A stretch of 64,000 bases of DNA. Origin: a virus. Its lineage: Duplodnaviria; Caudoviricetes. The stretch lies in IMG/VR virus record IMGVR_UViG_3300021376_000006. One strand, 5' to 3'. Within the stretch, counting starts at the first letter, position 1. The number at the start of each line of letters is the position of its first letter. Made by a program: the position numbers and the translations under genes. Below, in pieces: positions 37,521 to 47,473 of the stretch. Under the pieces are notes generated by a model that made no database searches, had not been told where the DNA came from, and was given only the letters and a program-made list of their open reading frames with translations.

Positions 37521-38229
37521 TGTTTGCTAGTGGTTTAATCTTAATTGTTTCTAATACCGAGCTTTTGCCTAGACCCATTGCTAAACTGTATGCAGCACTC
37601 TGGTTGCCCATGAACAAATCTGCACCAGCGATCACATCCGCCAGCTCTTTGAAATCTTGAACACAGTAATATTGTACACGAAAGCCAGTGCTTTTTTCAA
37701 AATCTTCATGCTCGTCTTGAGTGCCAACAAACACACCTGTCTGAGATATGTTTGCTTGCTCTAGCAGGCCTTGCCAGGTACCTGTACCTTCAGGACATCT
37801 GTATCTAAATGTTCTGTTTATGACCACAGGTGCGACTTGCTTTGCATCAGCCTCTAGCCATGTTTCATTATACACTTCTGGTTCAAATGGTAGGTTAAAT
37901 GTACGATGATACGCTTCAACATAGTTACCTTCAAAACCTCTAAATAATACGCCACGAAATCGATCTAGATCAACATCGTGGTCGCCTAACCAAACTGTCA
38001 CTTGGTCAATATAGCTCTGCCTGGACAGCAAAGGTCGTAACAAATCAAAATCAGCAATCTTGAATCTGCCCTGATGTGCGGAATCTACTTCGTTGGGTTT
38101 ATATCCGTATCGTGCTACACACTTTTCAATGTTTTCAAGATGAATAGCAAATGTGCCACCACCCATTTTTTTAACTACAGATAGACTGTAAATTAAATCG
38201 CCAAATGTTCCTGAGTGTCTATATATCAT
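37480..38229 (-). CDS. Glycosyltransferase family 9-like (divergent)
   Basis: SGTFGDLIYSL; DFKELADVIAGADLFMGNQS. Confidence 0.6.
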   Translation of the reverse strand: MIYRHSGTFGDLIYSLSVVKKMGGGTFAIHLENIEKCVARYGYKPNEVDSAHQGRFKIADFDLLRPLLSRQSYIDQVTVWLGDHDVDLDRFRGVLFRGFEGNYVEAYHRTFNLPFEPEVYNETWLEADAKQVAPVVINRTFRYRCPEGTGTWQGLLEQANISQTGVFVGTQDEHEDFEKSTGFRVQYYCVQDFKELADVIAGADLFMGNQSAAYSLAMGLGKSSVLETIKIKPLANNECYFPRSNCQYF

Positions 38230-39113
38230 AGTATTTCTGAAATATTGTTTGCGATACGTTCGGCATCAAAACTGTCTTTGCAACGATAATCACCGTGTTT
38301 GCAAATTACTTGCCTTACTGGTCGAGCCTGATGGTCATTACATCCCACACAATCAACTGCACTCATAATTGCGGTTGTGTTATGTCCAAACATTTCTCTT
38401 CTATACGGCAGTATTCTTTCTGGCAGCAGGTGTGTCTGTAGTGCAATTATATGCGTCTTGCTGGCACCTGCTACATGAAATGGCCCGCTGTCTATGCCAA
38501 CAAAACATCTAGCTCGATCCATCACGAGTTTTTGTTGTTGTATGTTCAATTGTTCTCTTGCATCCACAAACAATGGATGATCAACATACCCATCACTTGC
38601 GCTGCCAACACAAACTATTTTGAAATCCGTACGTTCAGTAAACAGGTGTTCAAAAACAGCAAACCAAGTTTCCCAAGCCATGTTTTTTAATGGCCAATGC
38701 CATTGTCGAATATGCACCACAATGAAACTGTCAAGCTCATTGTCCTGGCAAAATAAGCTTACCGCATCTTTATCAAACTCATTAGCAAACAGTTCTACCG
38801 ATTTGTTATCCACATCTGATGTGCCAAAAGCGCGATAGAAATAACTGTCCACATAATGATTAAGAGGACTATGTTCGTAGGCATCATCCAGGTTAATATA
38901 TAAATCATAATTTTTAGCCTCGGGCATAGCGTCAGTATGATATATCGCCCTGACGTGTGGATTGTTGGCATAAACATTGGGAAATTCTGTCGCTACATCA
39001 ATGTAGCAGTTGTACTTGTTTTTTAATTCTCTCACAACACCGGTGCTCATAATCACATCACCGAGTGCTGCTCTGCGTCTAACTAATATTTGTACAGGTC
39101 GTTCTATTTTCAT
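38226..39113 (-). CDS. Glycosyltransferase family 9 (heptosyltransferase-like)
   Basis: RAALGDVIMST, FVGIDSGPFHVA, C..C...C..C C-terminal motif. Confidence 0.85.
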   Translation of the reverse strand: MKIERPVQILVRRRAALGDVIMSTGVVRELKNKYNCYIDVATEFPNVYANNPHVRAIYHTDAMPEAKNYDLYINLDDAYEHSPLNHYVDSYFYRAFGTSDVDNKSVELFANEFDKDAVSLFCQDNELDSFIVVHIRQWHWPLKNMAWETWFAVFEHLFTERTDFKIVCVGSASDGYVDHPLFVDAREQLNIQQQKLVMDRARCFVGIDSGPFHVAGASKTHIIALQTHLLPERILPYRREMFGHNTTAIMSAVDCVGCNDHQARPVRQVICKHGDYRCKDSFDAERIANNISEIL

Positions 39114-40149
39114 TTAAAAAGTCTCGAATGTATTCAGTAAATTGCAAATCTGGTCTTTGTTGTTGTAATAACTGTTTATTGTGTTTTATAGACGGAACAC
39201 TTTTTTCGTATGCTAGTTTAATTGTTTTTGCGGACTGCGTCAAGAATTCAAGCAAACTACGTCTAGCACACACAAGTCTTGACCCTGGTTCTTCAATCTT
39301 GTCATAGCTGGTGTCAATAATGTCGTCAAAGGTGCTGTACCCTTGCGATCTTAAATATGCCAAACTGTTATGATATCCAATGTAAAAAAACAGTTGTTGA
39401 TAATTGATGGCATTAAAAATTTTTTCACTGAAGAATATTCCATTATCAAAAAAAGTATCTGTAACAATTCCCAAACAACTATCAAGATAAAAATTTACGT
39501 TGGTCTGTGTAAACTCCACTGTGTTGTCTATAGCTGGTAGAGGAATTTGATTGGCAACGGAATGACATTCTTGATCTATATGAGCTGCCCAAATTGATTC
39601 AATGCGATGTTGAATCCAGAGTCCAGGTATGTCCGAGTGTACACATTTGTAATTTACTAAATTATTTGATAGTAAATTATTGTGTATTAACCCAGCAAGA
39701 ACGTATCTTCGAGTGTACCAATCTTTGCTGCTAGCCCAATAAAATTTGTACGGTCTTGCTCGATAGCAATCGTTGTCCCATACCCTTTGTTGATTTTCTT
39801 TTCGTTGATACCAATGCTGATTGCTTACTAAGTCAAATAACCCAATTGATTTATAACCAAATTTTGTGTTGGGTTTTTGATAGTCTGCATCTTGTGTAAG
39901 TTTCCCTGTAAAAACAATTACTGGATTATCAATCGATCGACAATATTCATCTAGCGGCAGTATCCAAAAATCTCTTTCCTGTATGCATTGAAATGCTCCC
40001 AACAGTATTATTAACGTATTTTTGTCTTTGACTGCAATTTGTTTAACACAATCAACTATTGTTTCTAAATGTGAAGGAAACAAATTACAAACTACGTAAT
40101 TGTCTAAGGGTATGTCTAGATGGATATCGTATTCGCCAGTATCATACAT
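39079..40149 (-). CDS. Glycosyltransferase-like protein (GT10-like C-terminus)
   Basis: IVTDT..FSEKIFNAI..GYSTFDDIIDTSYD; paralog of 9056..10075. Confidence 0.45.
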   Translation of the reverse strand: MYDTGEYDIHLDIPLDNYVVCNLFPSHLETIVDCVKQIAVKDKNTLIILLGAFQCIQERDFWILPLDEYCRSIDNPVIVFTGKLTQDADYQKPNTKFGYKSIGLFDLVSNQHWYQRKENQQRVWDNDCYRARPYKFYWASSKDWYTRRYVLAGLIHNNLLSNNLVNYKCVHSDIPGLWIQHRIESIWAAHIDQECHSVANQIPLPAIDNTVEFTQTNVNFYLDSCLGIVTDTFFDNGIFFSEKIFNAINYQQLFFYIGYHNSLAYLRSQGYSTFDDIIDTSYDKIEEPGSRLVCARRSLLEFLTQSAKTIKLAYEKSVPSIKHNKQLLQQQRPDLQFTEYIRDFLNENRTTCTNIS

Positions 40150-40501
40150 TTGTTTTTACTTCTCTTACTGGGTCATTTAATTTTTCTGCCACTGTATTTT
40201 TTAATTGTACTCGAAAGTTATTGTAATCTCTAATTTCCAAAGCACGACGTCCAACTTCGGTTAAATCTGTACCATCAATTCGACATTTTTTGAAATCATC
40301 TTCTAGGCTCCAAATTTTATCATGTAAAATTTTAAATGCCTGTAGTTCATGCCAAATCAAGGATTTATCTATTCCCAACATTTGTTGTTCATAAAAGTCC
40401 AATTCAGCCTGATTGGCTCCACCAGTGCGACTGTGTTTGACTTGTGCAATAGTGTATCTATCAACCAATTCCATTACAGGAAACTTAAACTCCAACTTCA
40501 A
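40142..40501 (-). CDS. DUF6165-like small helical protein
   Basis: ELVDRYTIAQVK...IWSLEDDF...N..R..LK pattern. Confidence 0.5.
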   Translation of the reverse strand: MKLEFKFPVMELVDRYTIAQVKHSRTGGANQAELDFYEQQMLGIDKSLIWHELQAFKILHDKIWSLEDDFKKCRIDGTDLTEVGRRALEIRDYNNFRVQLKNTVAEKLNDPVREVKTNV

Positions 40502-41696
40502 CCTCCGGAAAATATCGCATGAAACGATCGTTGCTGTTAGTCCTGTGTTTTAATATTCGACCTTTGATTTCTTTAAAAAAGTTCCAGGCCAACGGAACAA
40601 ATAAAATTTTATCATCGTCTTTGTAGAGAGACAAATGACCAATAGACACCACAGGAATATCTTGCCCTGGACTGTATGTGTCTTGCTTGGTTGGATTGTC
40701 ATCGATGATGTAATCTAGACGTACATCAGCAAAATTAAGCAAGGTCATTCCTTTGGCTGCGGCGCCATATCCCACAATGTGATATCCTTGTTCTCTAAAC
40801 AAATTGATTCTTGAACTAAATTCACTAGAAATTTTTCTCGCTCGAGCAGCCCATGCACGATATGTGTCATTGTTTAACAAGTCTGCTTCCATGTTAATTA
40901 AATTAGCTACATGTTCTCTGCGAACACGGTTAGGTGTAAGTACAAACACATAACTGGTTCCATGAATAGGCGTTTTAACCACATCTATCAATTCCCAACC
41001 AGCTCGTCGACACAATTGATTCATTGAATTAATGTTGTAAAAATTCACATGTTCGTGATAGATAGTGTCAAATTCACCGTTTCTCACCATGTTGGCCTGA
41101 CTAGTTTGAACAAAAAACATCCCATTGGGTTTCATTAACGGTTGCAATAATTTAAGATAGGCAAGTGGATCTGGGTTGTGTGCAAAACTATTTTGCGCCA
41201 CTACTATATCAAATTGCCTGTCATCCAGATTCCTTATAGATTGTTCATCCCAAAATCCACATACTACCCGATGACCTTTTGCTGTGCTGGTTGCGTGAAT
41301 ATTTTTTGCTGGGTCTACTCCATAAGTGCGAAATCCCAACTTTTCAAAATAATCTAACTGACTGCCATCATTGCAGCCAATATCCAACACACTACCAAAT
41401 TGTATATCACTGTATTCTCTTACCCATTTGGCGAACCACCACATGTAATCTAAATAAGTCTGACTGGTTCCACTTACATATGCATAGTCTTGATAGATTA
41501 CTGCTGGATCAACCACATGAGTTAATTGCAAATGAAAACAGTCAACACATTGATTTACTGCCAATGGATACCGTTGATTTTTACCAGGTTCATGTAAAAA
41601 ATTGTTTGCTAGAGGTTGATGGCCTAAATTAATAGCAGGTAATAAGTTGTTTCCACCGCAGGCCAAACATGCTTTTAATTCTGTACAATTTTCCAT
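40485..41696 (-). CDS. NDP-hexose C-methyltransferase (zinc ribbon plus SAM domain)
   Basis: CLACG..LGHQPLAN..YPL..C..C.H.QL, DIGCNDG, TIYHEH, GYGAAAKG.TLLN. Confidence 0.88.
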   Translation of the reverse strand: MENCTELKACLACGGNNLLPAINLGHQPLANNFLHEPGKNQRYPLAVNQCVDCFHLQLTHVVDPAVIYQDYAYVSGTSQTYLDYMWWFAKWVREYSDIQFGSVLDIGCNDGSQLDYFEKLGFRTYGVDPAKNIHATSTAKGHRVVCGFWDEQSIRNLDDRQFDIVVAQNSFAHNPDPLAYLKLLQPLMKPNGMFFVQTSQANMVRNGEFDTIYHEHVNFYNINSMNQLCRRAGWELIDVVKTPIHGTSYVFVLTPNRVRREHVANLINMEADLLNNDTYRAWAARARKISSEFSSRINLFREQGYHIVGYGAAAKGMTLLNFADVRLDYIIDDNPTKQDTYSPGQDIPVVSIGHLSLYKDDDKILFVPLAWNFFKEIKGRILKHRTNSNDRFMRYFPEVEVGV

Positions 41697-41697
41697 G

Positions 41698-42408
41698 TTA
41701 ATTTTTAATAGGTACTCCGTTTGGTGCAATAAATCCTTCGACTCCTAGCACTGGTAATTCTTGTACAAGTTCTTGTGGAAGAAATTTATACAGCACATGC
41801 TCAATATCTGCGTAACCACCTTGACTGACTCGCTGACCTATATAAGCCAAACTGTCATTGTACACTTGAATCACTCGTTCAGTTTGTTCAACTGGCCACG
41901 ACCAAAGTCTGGCCATGTATTGTAATTCAATGCCGGTTACATCAAACGGGAATTGACTTCGATGTTTGGACCCAATAACAATTTTATCGGCGAATTGTTC
42001 ATAAACATCTAAATTAAATTCGTCATTCAAGATGTAACGGCCTGACATTTTGTGGATTCGATCGTAACCTACGAAATCACCGTCTTTGCTACACATAGCA
42101 AGTGTACGGCCAAAGCACATGATTTCTGTAGAATTCTTAACCACATCCCAATTGTCGCTTTGGTAAATTGCTTGTACGTCTGCGTCTTGACTGAAATCCA
42201 ACAAAAGATCTGAATTGACTTCTAAAGTTTCGCTTTGTCCCGGCGTAAGTGCTGTACCGGCACACTCCATGACTACTATTTTGGCACCAGGAACACGCAT
42301 GCGAATACTTTGTAAAGTGATTACAGTTTGAGTCAGTCGCTCTACAGCATTATAAATGCCAAACTTGCTATTAATGGCCGATGTTACTACAAATAAATGT
42401 CTAATCAT
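41698..42408 (-). CDS. Hypothetical glycan-pathway protein (GT-A-like)
   Basis: VTSAIN, RIHKMSGRY, EH.LY; embedded in sugar cluster. Confidence 0.4.
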   Translation of the reverse strand: MIRHLFVVTSAINSKFGIYNAVERLTQTVITLQSIRMRVPGAKIVVMECAGTALTPGQSETLEVNSDLLLDFSQDADVQAIYQSDNWDVVKNSTEIMCFGRTLAMCSKDGDFVGYDRIHKMSGRYILNDEFNLDVYEQFADKIVIGSKHRSQFPFDVTGIELQYMARLWSWPVEQTERVIQVYNDSLAYIGQRVSQGGYADIEHVLYKFLPQELVQELPVLGVEGFIAPNGVPIKN

Positions 42409-43439
42409 TTACGTAACCATCTTTCATTGGCCAATGTCCAATCTACAACTTTTTTAATACGTTCGCTTAATTTGATTTTTGGTTCCCAACCTAGTGACTT
42501 TAGTAAGCCGCCATCTAATGCATAACGCATGTCATGTCCAGGTCGACTGGTATGGAAGTCGGTCATTTCGTATTTCAGTTCTTTACCTACTGCAACAGCG
42601 ATCATTTGTGCTAGGGTAAGGTTATCAATTTCTTCAGTACCAACGAGATTAAACTTGGGGCAGTGTGCATGGCCGTAGTCCCCTGTATGAACATAATCCT
42701 TGAGTGAGAGTATGAACATAAGACCCTCAGCAACATCTTGGGCATGTATGTACATTCGACTACCTGCTGTTGTTCTTGTTGGATCAGCATGAATGATGAC
42801 TGTCTCCCCATCTCTCACCTTTTGAATAGTTGCTGGAATAAATTTTTCTGGATGCTGTCGTTCGCCAAACACATTCATGGTGTGTGTAACAACGATAGGC
42901 AACTTGTAGGTGTTTTCGTAGGCAACACAAAACTCCTCCGCAGCCGCCTTACTCGCGGAGTAGGGATTTGTGCTGTTGTAACGATCATATTCCTTATAGG
43001 CGACACCAGGTGGCGCAATCCCAAATATCTCGTCGGTGGAAAAATAAACAAATCGTTCCAGATTTGGTAAGTTCTTCCTTGCATAATCTAACATGTTAAC
43101 TGTGCCGACTACATTGTCTTGCACAAACTCCATTGGATAGGCAATACTACGATCCACATGACTGCCTGCTGCAAGATGTAAAACAATATCAATTGGTCCA
43201 ATATCCTGAACTATTTGACTATTGATTTCGGCTTTAAGATCATGGAATACGATACGCAGTCTCTGACTTACTTTTTTTGGGTCATGATTCTGTAGCACAT
43301 CATGAAGTCTATTTAGATTACCAGAAATATCTAATCTGTCTAGACAAACAACTTTCCAATTTGTGATTTGTAAAATTAAATCAATTACATGGTGTGCAAT
43401 GAATCCAGCACCGCCGGTGATCAATACTGTTTTTGACAT
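42405..43439 (-). CDS. NDP-glucose 4,6-dehydratase-like extended SDR
   Basis: TGGAGFIA, HLAAGSHVDRS, FSTDE, PYSASK, RPGHD.RY. Confidence 0.88.
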   Translation of the reverse strand: MSKTVLITGGAGFIAHHVIDLILQITNWKVVCLDRLDISGNLNRLHDVLQNHDPKKVSQRLRIVFHDLKAEINSQIVQDIGPIDIVLHLAAGSHVDRSIAYPMEFVQDNVVGTVNMLDYARKNLPNLERFVYFSTDEIFGIAPPGVAYKEYDRYNSTNPYSASKAAAEEFCVAYENTYKLPIVVTHTMNVFGERQHPEKFIPATIQKVRDGETVIIHADPTRTTAGSRMYIHAQDVAEGLMFILSLKDYVHTGDYGHAHCPKFNLVGTEEIDNLTLAQMIAVAVGKELKYEMTDFHTSRPGHDMRYALDGGLLKSLGWEPKIKLSERIKKVVDWTLANERWLRK

Positions 43440-43470
43440 GAATCCTCATTTTTTATTGAATATAAACTAT

Positions 43471-43620
43471 TTATTCGCCTGATTTTGGGGCGATAAATTG
43501 CTTGATATGACTCATTGCTTTACGAGCAGTATCAAAAACATATTCTCTAGTTTCATCTTCAAGATTAACAGTTACAATAAAACCATTTGCTACTTTACGA
43601 ATTTCAATTGATTCAAACAT
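43471..43620 (-). CDS. 49-aa protein MFESIEIRKVANGFIVTVNLEDETREYVFDTARKAMSHIKQFIAPKSGE
   Basis: Manual translation; GGAG SD and own sigma70 promoter; below ORF-track cutoff. Confidence 0.7.
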   Translation of the reverse strand: MFESIEIRKVANGFIVTVNLEDETREYVFDTARKAMSHIKQFIAPKSGE

Positions 43621-43646
43621 AAACACTCCAGAGTGGTTGAAATATT

Positions 43647-43675
43647 ATTATATCACAGTTTTTTTGTAAAGTCAA
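43647..43675 (-). promoter_or_regulatory. sigma70-type promoter TTGACT-17-TATAAT
   Basis: Read on minus strand. Confidence 0.8.
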
Positions 43676-43677
43676 AC

Positions 43678-44559
43678 TTATGCAGCTTCTAAAATATATC
43701 TTTTGTCTGGGATGGCATCAACACAACTTTTGCATAAAGTTTCATTGGTGTAGTAATGAAGTTTGTTTAACTCTAAAAGTTTTTGCATTGCTGTACCGTT
43801 TAATATTTCATCATAGGATTCTGTTAGTAAATTGCCCATAACATGTTTTTTATCATAATCCATACAACATAATAAAACTTCACCGTTTGGTAATAATACA
43901 CCTTGATTATACAAAGTGGTTTTACTACAAACTACCGGTCCGGCATGATGTGGAGTTATTTTAATGACTTGTCCTTTGATTTGTTCTTTATTTAATAAAC
44001 CAGCACGATCATGTGCGGCGATATCCCATCTATGACTAGGTACGGCGCCTGGTAAGTGTCTAATAGTAGGGTGTATACCATCGTCACTCATTGTCATTGC
44101 TTCGTAGTGAACACCAGCTGCTTGAAGAATTGTACGCATACCTATGTAAGCGTATTCCCATTCCTCACTGTGTTTCCATCCTTTCATATTTCCTGCCGCG
44201 TCAGGAAAGTGTATTTTAAAAATATCAAACTTATCTGCATATTTTAAAATTATTTCACCTACCCTATGAACTGTGTCATTGTCCCAATTATACAACGTAC
44301 TAAAAACTGCTACTCTATGTCCTTTATCTAATACATATTCTAACATATCTGTACAACTTGGATTAATCCAAGGTTCAGCTTGCCCACTAAAATCTATTCT
44401 TACATAGTCAGGAACTTTGTCTATCATGATTTTAAAATCATTAAGACTCATGTATTTTACATCATCGCCATAGGCATCACGCAAATTATCTTGCGGGCAA
44501 TATGTACACATTAAAGGGCAACCTATCATGGTTGTAATTTCAAGTTGATAAAAATTCAT
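43678..44559 (-). CDS. Radical SAM enzyme with C-terminal SPASM/twitch domain
   Basis: CPLMCTYC; GQAEP; C..NGEVLLCC.D..MGNL..C..C. Confidence 0.88.
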   Translation of the reverse strand: MNFYQLEITTMIGCPLMCTYCPQDNLRDAYGDDVKYMSLNDFKIMIDKVPDYVRIDFSGQAEPWINPSCTDMLEYVLDKGHRVAVFSTLYNWDNDTVHRVGEIILKYADKFDIFKIHFPDAAGNMKGWKHSEEWEYAYIGMRTILQAAGVHYEAMTMSDDGIHPTIRHLPGAVPSHRWDIAAHDRAGLLNKEQIKGQVIKITPHHAGPVVCSKTTLYNQGVLLPNGEVLLCCMDYDKKHVMGNLLTESYDEILNGTAMQKLLELNKLHYYTNETLCKSCVDAIPDKRYILEAA

Positions 44560-44560
44560 A

Positions 44561-45415
44561 TCAGTTAAATGGTAAAAAATCTCTTACAGTATGTGTTTGG
44601 TTAGTTGCTATGTATTTGCTATATTTATTAACATCATTTACAACAGTTTTTGGCATGTACTCATCTAATTTTATATTAACAAAAACTTCGGTATTATTAG
44701 GTCCTAGTCCATATCCTTTTTCAACGCTAGTCTCTACATCAATTTGATCTAAGACATCAGGGCGATTAGTCTCTTGATGAGCAAAACTGCGAATCTTAGT
44801 TTTAGCAAATTCAGTATCGCCAAGATAACTAAATTGCCAGCCTGCATGTTCCATTACTCTTACACCATTATTGGAATATCCATAAGGTAAATTAGCTAAT
44901 TGAAACCGTTGAAATCTAAATTCATCTGCCGGAACCATAAGTTTTTTCCTAGTTGCCATACCCCAAACCATATACTGACTAAGAGTTGTTGTTAACATAT
45001 GATTAAACTTGAAATAAAACAGCGGCATTCTCAAACCCCAAACTTGAGTTTCGTCGTCTAAACGCATAATATCTACAGTTTCTGGTCTAGGAATTTCATC
45101 TAAATCCGATATAATTATTATATCATCGTCGTCAGCATCTACAATACCACGATTGATACTATTTCTTTGCCATATATCATTATCCCATGCTTCTGTACTA
45201 TGAGGCATATCATCTACTTTTACATGTATAATTTTATCTACCCATTTAGAGTATCTTGTTTTATTTTCTTCAAAATAATAAGGTTTTGGAATATCTGTAA
45301 ATGTTGTCGATGCTTCTACTAAAACAAAATGATCCACATAATCATAAAGTTCTTGAAATCTTACCTCTAGTAAATCTAGTTCATTGAAAAATGGAAAGCA
45401 ATCGTATATTTTCAT
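44561..45415 (-). CDS. Glycosyltransferase family 17 (beta-1,4-GlcNAc transferase-like)
   Basis: YDCFPFFNELDLL, VDHFVLVEA, SDLDEIP, GWQFSY. Confidence 0.85.
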   Translation of the reverse strand: MKIYDCFPFFNELDLLEVRFQELYDYVDHFVLVEASTTFTDIPKPYYFEENKTRYSKWVDKIIHVKVDDMPHSTEAWDNDIWQRNSINRGIVDADDDDIIIISDLDEIPRPETVDIMRLDDETQVWGLRMPLFYFKFNHMLTTTLSQYMVWGMATRKKLMVPADEFRFQRFQLANLPYGYSNNGVRVMEHAGWQFSYLGDTEFAKTKIRSFAHQETNRPDVLDQIDVETSVEKGYGLGPNNTEVFVNIKLDEYMPKTVVNDVNKYSKYIATNQTHTVRDFLPFN

Positions 45416-45438
45416 AATGATACTTATTTTAAAAATTG

Positions 45439-45468
45439 TTGACTTAGAGATTTCTTAAATAGTATAAT
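45439..45468 (+). promoter_or_regulatory. Plus-strand promoter TTGACT-18-TATAAT with embedded TAAATA box, driving the sugar island
   Basis: Read directly; divergent from the GT17 gene. Confidence 0.6.
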
Positions 45469-45492
45469 AACATTCAACGATAAGGTATTCAA

Positions 45493-46149
45493 TTGAAATT
45501 TGCACTAGTCACTGCTTTTGATGAAAATTACCAACCGCTAGCAGATCTTACCTGGGATAAAAATAAAAAGTTGTACGCCAAACGATGGGGATACGATACC
45601 TATGAAGTCACTGACGGATTTGCCAATCTTGGAGACATTGCCTGGGCTAGAACCAGAAAGGTAGTAGAACTATTAGAATCTGGCTACGATTGGGTACATG
45701 CAGTTGGTTGCGATACCATGATTACCAATTTTAATATCAGGTTAGAAGATATTGTAGACAACACAGCAGATTTTATCATTGCCACAGACTGCTTTAATAT
45801 CAACAATGACAGCTATCTAGCGCACAATACTGAGAACTGTATTGCATGGTTAAAGTATTTGGACACACAACAGGATCAATACTGCATGAAGCATCCATGG
45901 AATGATCAGCAATGCATGATCGACAACATTGAACGTCTGGGTGATGGATTACGAATTGTTCCACAACGCATGATCAATTCATACGATTACGATCAGTATC
46001 CAGGATCTGTTCCGCATGTGTATAAACGAGATATTTTTGGCAATGACGGGCAATGGCAACCAGGAGATTTCCTGATTCAGTGGCCTGGTATTCCCAACGA
46101 TCGCAGAATTCCACTAGCTCAACAAATGTTAACTCAAATAATACAATGA
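45493..46149 (+). CDS. Glycosyltransferase family 34 (GMA12/MNN10-like)
   Basis: YAKRWGY, W.R, YDWV...D.MITNF, DQQ, WQPGDFLIQWPG; TTG start. Confidence 0.7.
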   Translation: MKFALVTAFDENYQPLADLTWDKNKKLYAKRWGYDTYEVTDGFANLGDIAWARTRKVVELLESGYDWVHAVGCDTMITNFNIRLEDIVDNTADFIIATDCFNINNDSYLAHNTENCIAWLKYLDTQQDQYCMKHPWNDQQCMIDNIERLGDGLRIVPQRMINSYDYDQYPGSVPHVYKRDIFGNDGQWQPGDFLIQWPGIPNDRRIPLAQQMLTQIIQ

Positions 46150-47465
46150 AAGAAATCTTAGATTTAGTCAAGAAACACATAGAAGAAAAGCAGTCTGCAA
46201 AAACATGGACTGCTGGCCGAGACTTTGTCAACTATGCAGGTGCCTACTATGATTCAGACGAGTATGTGGCCGGTGTTGAAAGCCTACTCAAAGGTTGGCT
46301 TGCCATGGGCAACGAAAGTCTACGCTTTGAACGTGAGTTCCCAAAACAATTTGGAAAAACCCGTGGCATTGTAACTAATTCAGGAAGCTCTAGTAACCTG
46401 CTGATGATGTCGGCTCTTACCAGTAAACGTGGTTATAACTTGCCTAAAAGCACCAAGGTACTGATGCCTATTGCAGGATTTCCAACAACGCTTAATCCAA
46501 CACTGCAAGTTGGCTTTACTCCTGTGTTTGTAGATATCGAACTTAACACACTCAACTTGGATGTAAGGCAATGTGAACGTGTTTTGGAAGCCGACCCAGA
46601 TATTCGTGTTATTACTTTTGCACATGTACTAGGCAATCCTCCCAACATGGATCAGGTAATGGCCCTAGTCGACAGGTATAAACTTATTCTGCTTGAAGAT
46701 TGCTGTGATGCATTGGGTAGCACATACAACGGCCGACCATTGGGTAGTTTTGGATTAATGGCCAGTTGCTCGTTCTATCCAGCACACCATATGACCATGG
46801 GTGAAGGTGGGTATGTTGCAACCAACGATGCCAATCATGATGTCATACTACGCAGCTTCCGTGAATGGGGTCGAGGTTGTTACTGTGTAGGACCAGATGC
46901 CAACAAACTCAAATGCGGTACATGCGGTAAACGTTTTAATAACTGGATTCCTGAATTACCAGATGAAATCTTTGATCACAAATACGTTTATGATGAAATT
47001 GGGTATAATTTAAAACCAATTGAACTACAGTGTGCCATGGGCATGCAGCAGTTAAAAAAGCTTCCTGAAATTCATGCCCTGCGTAGACGAAACTATCAAT
47101 TGTTATTTGCCATATACGAACGGTACGAAGAATTTTTCCACTTGCCTAGAGCACAAGAAAACAGTGATCCATCGTGGTTTGCTTTTCCTCTCACTGTGCG
47201 TCAAGGTGCACCATTCACAAGAGCAGACATTGTGGACTACTTGGAAGAAAATTTAATTCAAACTCGTCCTTACTTTGCTGGTAATATCATGCTGCAACCA
47301 GCATACAGCCATTTAATGGATCCACGGAATGCAAGAGACAATTATCCAAATGCAACACACGCCATGACGCATACTTATTTCCATGGCACCAGTCCGGTTA
47401 TTACGCCAGAACAAATTGCCTACATTGGCGAAAAGGTTGATGGCTTTATGAGTTTATTCATTTAA
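46146..47465 (+). CDS. rfbH: CDP-4-keto-6-deoxyglucose 3-dehydratase (RfbH/DdhC)
   Basis: NSGSSSNL, FPTTLNP, EDCCDALGS, SFYPAHH (His in place of PLP Lys), RSFREWGRGCYC, HKYVY; start moved to MKEIL. Confidence 0.88.
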   Translation: MKEILDLVKKHIEEKQSAKTWTAGRDFVNYAGAYYDSDEYVAGVESLLKGWLAMGNESLRFEREFPKQFGKTRGIVTNSGSSSNLLMMSALTSKRGYNLPKSTKVLMPIAGFPTTLNPTLQVGFTPVFVDIELNTLNLDVRQCERVLEADPDIRVITFAHVLGNPPNMDQVMALVDRYKLILLEDCCDALGSTYNGRPLGSFGLMASCSFYPAHHMTMGEGGYVATNDANHDVILRSFREWGRGCYCVGPDANKLKCGTCGKRFNNWIPELPDEIFDHKYVYDEIGYNLKPIELQCAMGMQQLKKLPEIHALRRRNYQLLFAIYERYEEFFHLPRAQENSDPSWFAFPLTVRQGAPFTRADIVDYLEENLIQTRPYFAGNIMLQPAYSHLMDPRNARDNYPNATHAMTHTYFHGTSPVITPEQIAYIGEKVDGFMSLFI

Positions 47466-47473
47466 GGAAAAAT

